NCBI GenBank assembly: GCA_964351975.1
Contig: CAYGPK010000001.1
Coordinates: 85,270-149,269, forward strand
DNA length: 64,000 nucleotides
Direction: 5' to 3'
Source of the DNA: an uncultured Methanosarcinales archaeon
Lineage (GTDB): Archaea > Nanobdellota > Nanobdellia > Woesearchaeales > UBA583
Position numbers and translations under genes: made by a program. Shown piece by piece: positions 56,993 to 64,000 of this stretch (its first letter is position 1; every line of letters begins with the position of its first letter). Under the pieces are notes generated by a model. The model searched no databases. It saw only the letters and a list, made by a program, of their open reading frames with translations, and was not told the origin of the DNA.

Positions 56993-58906
56993 ATGGTAAA
57001 AATCCTAGATGAAATTATGAAAGAATTACCTCAAGAAGAGGTTAGTTCTGTTGAATTTGAAGGTGCAAACATTGTTGTTTACACGAAAAGTAAAGACTTC
57101 CTATTTAAAGGAAGAGCAAAGATAAAACAAATTGTTTCTATCTTTAAAAAAAGAATTGAACTACGTGCTGACGCAAGTATTTTAATGAAAGAAGAAGATA
57201 CGCAGAAAGCAGTAAAAGAGATTTTAAGCGATGTTGAAAATTTAGAATTTAAATTTGATTCTGCAAGATCAAGATTGACTTTAGAAGTTGATAATGTTGG
57301 TGCTGCTGTTGGTAAAGAGGGTTCTAATTTGAAAGAAATTCAGAAAAGAACAATGTGGACTGTTGTTGTAAGGAGAATTCCTCCTATTAGATCAAAAACT
57401 GTTGATGCTATGCGTGCTGTTGAGTTTCAAGAATCAGAGTATAGAAGAAAATTTTTGAATAAAGTTGGTAAGAGAATTTATGGAGGTTGGAACAAAGGAA
57501 AGATTAAAGGCTGGTCAAGAGTTACTATGCTTGGAGCTGGAAATCAAATAGGTAGAAGTTCTATTTATTTACAAACAACTGAGAGTAGAATTTTATTTGA
57601 TTGTGGAATTGATCCAAGTGTTCCTTTGGGTGACCCCGCGGAATTTCCTTATTTAGATTCTCCAGATTTTAAGTTAGAAGATGTTGATGCAGTAGTTTTA
57701 TCACATGCACATATGGATCATTGTGGTTTACTTCCTTATTTATATAGGGTAGGATATAAAGGTCCTATTTATTGTACTGAGCCAACGCGTGATATTATGG
57801 CTCTTTCCCAATTAGATTTTATTAAAATTATGGGACAAACTCAAGCTGAGAGTGTTTTATATAAAGCTGAAGATGTTAAAGAGATGATTAAACATGTTAT
57901 TACACTTGATTATGGAAGTGTGACAGATATTACTCCGGACATTAGATTAACATTTTATAACAGTGGGCATATTTTAGGTAGTGCATTTTGTCATGTTAAT
58001 ATTGGTAATGGTATGCATAATTTCATGTATACAGGAGATTTTAATTATTCTTTTAAACAAAGATTACTTGATAGGGCTGTTACTGAATTTCCAAGACTTG
58101 AGAGTATTATGATGGAAAATACAAGTACTGGTTCTAAAGATATTTCAATGTCTCGTGAAGATGCTGAAGAGGAACTTCTTAAAATTTTAGTTGATGCTTA
58201 TGTAAATAAAGGAAAAGTTATTATTCCAGTTTTTGGTGTTGGACGTTCACAAGAAATGCTTCTGGTTATTGAGAGTTTAATTTCTCAAGGAAGATTACCT
58301 AAAGATATTAAAGTTTATGTTGATGGAATGGTTTATGAAGTTACAGCAATTCACACAGCTTATCCTGAATTTTTAAATAGGCAATTAAGAAGTAGAATTT
58401 TGCGAGGGGATAATCCTTTTACAATTGAGAATTTTAAAGCAGTAGGTTCTCATAAAGAGAGAGAAGCAATTTTTGAGAGTAATGAGTGTGCAATTGTTCT
58501 TGCAACATCAGGTATGCTTAATGGTGGAACTTCACTTGAATATTTTAAACAATTCGCACCTTATGAAAATAATGCAATTGTTTTTGTTGGTTATCAAGCA
58601 AGAGGAACTTTAGGACGTCGTGTTAAAGATGGTGAGAAGGAAATCTTATTATCTAATACTGGAAGTTCTGATGATAGAATTTCTGTTAAAATGAAAGTTT
58701 GTGAAATGAAAGGTGCATTTTCAGCTCATAGTGATTTTAATCTAACTAAGAAATTTGTTTCAAATTTATCAGTTAAACCTAAAAAAGTGATTTTAAATCA
58801 TGGTGAACCTGCTAAGCTTGCTTCATTTTCAGAAGTTGTTAAAAGAATTATTCCGGGTGTTAAAACTTATACTCCTGAGAACTTGGAATCAATTAGATTG
58901 AATTAG
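56993..58906 (+). CDS. archaeal CPSF1-type beta-CASP ribonuclease with N-terminal KH domains (aCPSF1/FttA)
   Basis: KH-like N-terminus. Metallo-beta-lactamase HAHMDHCG. Length 637 aa is typical of aCPSF1. Confidence 0.85.
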   Translation: MVKILDEIMKELPQEEVSSVEFEGANIVVYTKSKDFLFKGRAKIKQIVSIFKKRIELRADASILMKEEDTQKAVKEILSDVENLEFKFDSARSRLTLEVDNVGAAVGKEGSNLKEIQKRTMWTVVVRRIPPIRSKTVDAMRAVEFQESEYRRKFLNKVGKRIYGGWNKGKIKGWSRVTMLGAGNQIGRSSIYLQTTESRILFDCGIDPSVPLGDPAEFPYLDSPDFKLEDVDAVVLSHAHMDHCGLLPYLYRVGYKGPIYCTEPTRDIMALSQLDFIKIMGQTQAESVLYKAEDVKEMIKHVITLDYGSVTDITPDIRLTFYNSGHILGSAFCHVNIGNGMHNFMYTGDFNYSFKQRLLDRAVTEFPRLESIMMENTSTGSKDISMSREDAEEELLKILVDAYVNKGKVIIPVFGVGRSQEMLLVIESLISQGRLPKDIKVYVDGMVYEVTAIHTAYPEFLNRQLRSRILRGDNPFTIENFKAVGSHKEREAIFESNECAIVLATSGMLNGGTSLEYFKQFAPYENNAIVFVGYQARGTLGRRVKDGEKEILLSNTGSSDDRISVKMKVCEMKGAFSAHSDFNLTKKFVSNLSVKPKKVILNHGEPAKLASFSEVVKRIIPGVKTYTPENLESIRLN

Positions 58907-58943
58907 GATTTAAGGCTTTTAAATTTAAATATTATTAAATAAA

Positions 58944-59606
58944 ATGATTATTCCTCAAAAACTTGAAAAATTAATATTACAAGAGAGATTTAATATTGGG
59001 TCTTTTTCAAATAGTGATATTGAAATGGATATAGGGGGTAATTTTTATTGTGATGGTTCAAATGAGTCCCATTCTTTTCCTTCTTTTTTTAAAAAATCAG
59101 ATGGAGCATATCAAATTCATTTGATAACTGAAGGTTTAGAAAGAGGTTTAGCTATAGCTGGACTTAGTTTTGATATTGATGAAGATTTAGAAATAGTAAA
59201 AGTTCTTCAAATTCAAGGTTTAGTTGATAAAGAATATTTTAAAGAATATTTAGATTTACTTAAAGAAGTAGATTGGAAAAAATTACTTTTAAGTTATATG
59301 GTGTCTTTGTCAAAAAAATTAAATGCAGCAGAGATTTCTGTTCAAGGGTATAGAAATAATTTATCTGTTGGAGAAACTTATGAGTTTGTAAGGGAAGTCG
59401 GAGAAAAAGTAGATTTTAATAATTTTTTAGTTTTTTCAAATAGAAAGATGAGAAAGTTAACAGATTCAATTTTAATTTCTAGTGATGATCCAAATAAAAG
59501 CTACCATTTATGGCCAAAAAGAGCATATCAAATTTATGATCAAACGGCTTTAGATTTAGGATTTTCTCCAGATGGAAATGGAGATTATGTTTTAGATTTA
59601 AAATAA
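58944..59606 (+). CDS. hypothetical protein
   Basis: 220-aa ORF. No motif. Confidence 0.4.
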   Translation: MIIPQKLEKLILQERFNIGSFSNSDIEMDIGGNFYCDGSNESHSFPSFFKKSDGAYQIHLITEGLERGLAIAGLSFDIDEDLEIVKVLQIQGLVDKEYFKEYLDLLKEVDWKKLLLSYMVSLSKKLNAAEISVQGYRNNLSVGETYEFVREVGEKVDFNNFLVFSNRKMRKLTDSILISSDDPNKSYHLWPKRAYQIYDQTALDLGFSPDGNGDYVLDLK

Positions 59607-59746
59607 ATTTATCAAAAAACCTCAGTTCCTTTTTAAAGGTTATTATGCGATTTCTTTCACACTTATTCTAAGCTACAATAAGCTTTATAAACCAATTAAC
59701 GTTATTTTATAGTTATGCCGTTTGCATTAAGCGGTGTTTGATTGGT

Positions 59747-59820
59747 GGGCCTGTAGCTCAGTCCGGTAGAGCATCGCCCTTGCAAGGCGGGGGCCTCGGG
59801 TTCAAATCCCGGCGGGTCCA
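59747..59820 (+). tRNA. tRNA-Ala (anticodon UGC)
   Basis: Acceptor stem GGGCCTG/CGGGTCC including the G3:U70 Ala identity pair. Anticodon loop CTTGCAA. T-loop TTCAAAT. No encoded CCA. Confidence 0.9.
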
Positions 59821-59926
59821 TTGAGTGTGCAGTACTTGAGATTATCTCGAGTGCGAAGAACGGAAGAAATGTTTACATTTCTAATGAGGTTAAATTTGAA
59901 TCTGTAGTAAAAATATAGTGTATTTG
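59821..59926 (+). other. 5' strand of the 23S rRNA processing stem (pairs with 62747..62816)
   Basis: 59888..59926 (ggttaaatttgaatctgtagtaaaaatatagtgtatttg) is complementary to 62747..62779. 59821..59829 (ttgagtgtg) pairs with 62808..62816. The stem begins immediately after tRNA-Ala. Confidence 0.7.
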
Positions 59927-62748
59927 TAAAATAATAAACTCTATTATGTGGATGACTTGGCTTGAGTAACGATGAAGGGCGTGGTTAGCTGCGATAATCG
60001 TAAGGTAGGGGCATACTCCCATTGAACTTACGGTACCTGAATTGGACTTCCTAATAATTCGCTAGACGAAGGTGTACCTGGGGAACTGAAACATCTTAGT
60101 ACCCGGAGGAAGAGAAATCAATTGAGATTCGGTTAGTAACAGCGAGTGAAAACCGATCAGATCAAACTGAATCTGTATTAGTAATAATATAGAGATGTGG
60201 TGTATGGAGCCTTGTTGGACCTTGATAAATGTTAAAATATTCTGGAAAGTATAACCTTAGAGGGTGATAGTCCCGTATGGCATTGTTGATAGGTTCTTTA
60301 GGAATTCCTGAGTAGTGTCTGTTGGAATTCAGGCATGAATATGGGGGACACTGACCTCCAAATCTAAATATAACTCAAGACCGATAGAGAATTAGTAGCG
60401 TGAGCGAATGTTGAAAAGAAGCCTTAATAGGTTTTGAAAAGATCTGAAACATACTAGAGATAGGATGATGCGGCGTTTAGGCGTTGCATCGTACGTTCTG
60501 AATAACGGGCCAGGGAGTTTATTTTTGTGGCAAGATGAAAGTCGAAGGGAAACCGAGTGGTGTTAATAGCGCCCATAGTCACAGGGATAAGACCCGAAAC
60601 CAGATGATCTATACCTGAGCAGGCTGAAGCGGGAGTAAAATCCCGTGGAGGGCCGAAGCTGTATCGCGTTTATTGATTTGTATGACTTGGGTATAGGGGT
60701 GAAAAGCCAATCGAATCTGGTGATAGCTGGTTCCAGTCAAAATTGGCCTTAGTCAAGCCTTCATGGAGAATGTTACAGGGGTAGAGCTACGGATTAGAAG
60801 GTTGGGGAGAGCAATTTCTTCATTTTTTAGTCCAACTCCGAATACTGTGACTTCGTAGAAGTGAGGAGACGGGATTACACGGGGTAAACTTGTAATCCGC
60901 GAGGGGAACAACCCAGACTACAGTTAAGGCCCCTAAATGATAATTAAGTGATAAAGGGTAAAGGGTGTGTGTATTCGAAGACAAAGAGGAGGTTTGCTTA
61001 GAAGCAGCAATCCCTTAAAGAATGCGTAACAGCTCACTCTTCGAGAGTATATGCCCCGAAAATAATCGGGTCTAAATTATCTGCCGATACTGTAGTTCAT
61101 GCACACGGTGCATGTAAGTTAGACTGGTGATGTGATAGGGTAGAAGTAAGTCTTCAAGGATTTGTGGACCTATTACATATAAGAATCCTGGCGGTAGTAG
61201 GAGAATAGAGGTGTGAGAGTCACCTCGGACGAAAGGGCAAGGGTTCCTTCTCAATGTAGTTCAGAGAAGGGTTAGTCACTCCTAACTCCTGTCCTAATTG
61301 GATAAGGGGGAAAGGGAAACAGATTAATATTTCTGTACTGTTTAGATAAACATGGTGACATAAGTACTATTTCGATCGGATAGGGCTAATTGCTACTAGA
61401 CTTGTCTAGTTTAAGAAGCATAAGACATTGGAGTGTTGTAATGACGAGAAAATGTTTAAACTTTTATGAGTAATTTGTGATGACGCCTAGTTTCTTTGAA
61501 AACGAAATAGTATTGATTCTAAATAAGTGTACCCACAACCGGCACAGGTGCCCCAAGGTGAGAAACCTAAGTCCTGCAGGGTTAATCTTTCTAAGGGAAT
61601 TCGGCAAATTAGCCACATGCCTTCGGTATATGTGGTCCCTGGAATATATGATAATTTCAATTAATTTCAGGGTGCAATAGCAAGGACGGTCCGACTGTTT
61701 AATTAAAACATAGCCAACTGCTAGGCCGTAAGGCTGCGTATAGTTGGTGAAGTCTGCCCACTGCCAGTAACTAAAACCCTTTTTCAAGGGGGCCAAGGTC
61801 TGGTAAAGGGCGGGGATAACTATGATCCTCTTAAGGTAGCGAAATGCCTTGCCGTTTAAATGACGGCTTGCATGAATGGCGTAACGAGATTGTCACTGTC
61901 CCTAGAAAGAACCCTCCGAATACACTATCCCGGTGCAAAAGCCGGGGACTCCAAGTGGGAAGTAAAGACCCCGTTGAACTTTACTGCAGCCTGCTATTGT
62001 GATCAATTTTATAGTATAACAAGGAGCTTCGGCGACAAGGTAGTACTTGTTGCTATGAAGTTGGTTGCTTATCCCTATATGGGAAACAGTAGTTGGTGGG
62101 CAGTTTGGCTGGGGTGGCACCCTGCTGAAAAGATATCAGCAGGGCCCAAAGGTTGGCTCAGTTGGTTTAGAAATCCAACGTAGAGTGTAAGGGCAAAAGC
62201 CAGCTTTATTGTGATTACCATAATACTAATCGCAATTTGGAAACAATGGCCTAACGATCTACAATGTGCTTCTTAGTGAGGCCTTGTATTGACAGAAAAG
62301 TTACCACGGGGATAACAGAGTTGTCGCTCCTGAGAGTTCATATCGACGGAGCGGTTTGCTACATCGATGTCGGCTCATCCTAACCTGGCACTGCAGCAGG
62401 TGCCAAAGGTGGGGGTGTTCACCCATTAAAAGGGTTCGTGAGCTGGGTTTACAACGCTGTGAGGCAGTTGGTATAATATCTGCTTGGAGTGTTTAGTATC
62501 TGCGAGAAAGATGCGTTTAGTACGAAAGGAACGGCGGGTCGTGGCCACTGGTGTATCTATTGTCCATATGGGCATGTAGAGCAGCTACGCCATCAGGGAT
62601 AAAGGCTGAAAGCATCTAAGCCTGAAACCCTCCTCTAAAAAAGATACATTGTTTGCGAGTAAAAGACTCGTTTGATAGGAGTGCGGTGTGCGATAGAAGC
62701 TAAAGCGACTATTTTAGCCGGCACTTACTAAAAAACATATTAAACACA
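59927..62748 (+). rRNA. rrl: 23S ribosomal RNA (~2.8 kb, boundaries +/-20 nt). No intron.
   Basis: Conserved 23S blocks are present: GTGGATGACTTGGC near the 5' end, GCGTAACAGCTCAC (~1090), a sarcin-ricin-like AGTACGAAAGGAAC (~62517), and the 3' block TTAGCCGGCACTTACTAA. GC content rises to ~50%. Confidence 0.9.
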
Positions 62749-62816
62749 AAATACACTATATATAGATTCAAATTTAACCTGCAATTCGTTCTGCACAACT
62801 TAAATCACACTCAAGC
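62747..62816 (+). other. 3' strand of the 23S rRNA processing stem
   Basis: Complementary to 59821..59926 (see above). Confidence 0.7.
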
Positions 62817-63011
62817 ATAAAAAATTAAAATAAAAACTTAATTTATTTGTTCTAAACATAATAATTATAACTTAAATTGATCATTTTATATTCAAAGAAT
62901 TAGTCTAATTAGCTAATTTATTGATATTTTGAAAACTTTTATTTTCATAGTCCAATAAATTGAAAGATTTATTGATAAAATTTTATAAATAACTTTTTTT
63001 TAATATTTTTA

Positions 63012-63842
63012 ATGAAAAAGATAGGTTTGTATATTGAAGGAGGTGGCAATAAAGTTTTTTTTGCAAATGGTGTTCTTAAAGTATTTAATGAAAATAAAAT
63101 AAAGGTTGATCATGTTTTTGGAATAAGTTCTTCTTCTGCAATTTTATTTGCATATTTATTTAATTGTAATAATTTTGTTTTGAAAATTTTTGGAAAAAAA
63201 TTAAGAGAAAATAAAAGAAATTTTTATTATTTTAAGAAAAAACATTTTCCTCAAAATGATATTTATAAAAATTCAATTGAAGAAATGTTTGAAAAATATT
63301 TTGATAATTTCAAAGATAAAAACTTAAATTATACAATTATAGCATCTTCAACTTCGATAAGATTTAAGCGTTTAAAAGGGGTATTTGCTTCATTTTCTTT
63401 AATTTTAGATATTATATTCTTAAAAATTTTACCGAAAAATTACTTTTTAAAATTAATAAAAAAAGTATTTAATATTTCTGAGTTTTATTTTTATTCAAGT
63501 AAAGAACATACTTCTAAAGATATAATTAATGTTATTATGGGGTCTTCTACAATATACCCATTTATAGATTTACATACTTATAGAAATAAATTAATTTTAG
63601 AAGGTAGTTTTGCACAAGCTAACTATAATTTATTGTTAGAGAAATATGAGAAGAAAATAGTTATTCATAATGATTTTGGAAAAACACAAATTAGGGATAA
63701 TACTCTTCATATTTATTCTTCAATAAAAATTCCTGAGAATATTTTAGATTATACCGATGAAAATAAAATTATAAATTATCATAATGCTGGTGAAATTGAA
63801 GCAAAGAGAAACTTAGGATTAATCAAGAGTTATTTATCTTAA
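63012..63842 (+). CDS. patatin-like phospholipase-family protein (variant GxSxS nucleophile motif)
   Basis: LYIEGGGNKVFFANGVLKVFNE...VFGISSSSAI follows the patatin 'GGGxKG...GxSxG' pattern, with Ser replacing the final Gly. Confidence 0.45.
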   Translation: MKKIGLYIEGGGNKVFFANGVLKVFNENKIKVDHVFGISSSSAILFAYLFNCNNFVLKIFGKKLRENKRNFYYFKKKHFPQNDIYKNSIEEMFEKYFDNFKDKNLNYTIIASSTSIRFKRLKGVFASFSLILDIIFLKILPKNYFLKLIKKVFNISEFYFYSSKEHTSKDIINVIMGSSTIYPFIDLHTYRNKLILEGSFAQANYNLLLEKYEKKIVIHNDFGKTQIRDNTLHIYSSIKIPENILDYTDENKIINYHNAGEIEAKRNLGLIKSYLS

Positions 63843-63873
63843 CATTTATAAGTTCTTAATTTATATTTATTTT

Positions 63874-64000
63874 ATGAATAAAGTTAAAGCAATTTTATTT
63901 GATATGGATGGTGTTTTAGTTGATTCTATGTCAGCACATATAGAATCTTGGTATAAAGCTTTTCACAAATTTAATATTAAAGTTTCTAAAGATGAGTTAA
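63874..64000 (+). CDS. HAD-superfamily hydrolase (beta-phosphoglucomutase-like), partial. C-terminus off the window.
   Basis: MNKVKAILFDMDGVLVDS (HAD motif I). Confidence 0.6.
   Translation, partial: MNKVKAILFDMDGVLVDSMSAHIESWYKAFHKFNIKVSKDEL

Noticed and set aside
61072-62183. ORFs inside the 23S rRNA (61072..61254, 61464..61796, 61477..61680, 61860..62183, 61902..62120)
   Set aside because: They lie entirely within conserved rRNA sequence. They are GC-rich artefact ORFs, not genes, and they are not a homing-endonuclease intron (no LAGLIDADG, and the 23S length shows no insertion).
1-64000. CRISPR arrays, diversity-generating retroelement, integrase or transposase genes
   Set aside because: There are no regularly spaced short repeats. 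No ORF has a YxDD reverse-transcriptase motif, and none has tyrosine/serine recombinase or DDE motifs. The att-like repeats therefore have no recombinase partner in this window.

Overview
This is a very AT-rich (~28-30% GC) archaeal chromosomal segment, most likely from a DPANN-type small-genome archaeon. The archaeal assignment rests on several genes. They include the P0/P1 ribosomal stalk proteins with GFGGLF/GLGSLF tails, aIF6, RNase P Pop5, aCPSF1/FttA, and a NOG1-family GTPase. It also rests on a tRNA-Ala-23S unit with a long bulge-helix-bulge-like processing stem.

Core genes found are gyrB, topA, thrS, metG, L1-L10(P0)-L12(P1), TatD, HtpX and a SecD/F-like gene. There are three tRNAs (Thr-UGU, Ser-GGA with a 3-bp D-stem and long variable arm, Ala-UGC) and a 23S rRNA with no 16S or 5S adjacent.

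Bacterial-flavoured accessory content includes a canonical Lgt (prolipoprotein diacylglyceryl transferase) together with two 'FSSC'-lipobox secreted paralogs. There is also a RimB-like retropepsin plus RimK ATP-grasp pair, and a Fic/Doc-motif gene overlapping the 3' end of thrS. Others are CcdA/DsbD, a P-type Ca-ATPase, tandem CPA2 antiporter paralogs, a CPBP protease plus SpoIIM-like pair, a DHH/DHHA1 phosphoesterase, a PC4-like ssDNA binder, Nudix, HAD and patatin-like genes.

The most unusual non-coding signal is a small family of ~95-nt palindromic elements placed right after stop codons (17.5 kb and 18.5 kb). They share conserved termini and a conserved loop, 'cgttgWatcgag'. Both the inner and outer stems differ between copies by compensatory changes, and element A is flanked by a 25-bp direct repeat that carries a TATA box.

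Two other oddities are a 22-27-bp duplicate of the tRNA-Ser 3' end located ~85 bp downstream, and a synonymously recoded duplicate of the last 11 codons of ccdA located 37 bp downstream of the real stop. Both look like att-site or integration remnants, although no integrase, reverse transcriptase or CRISPR array is present.
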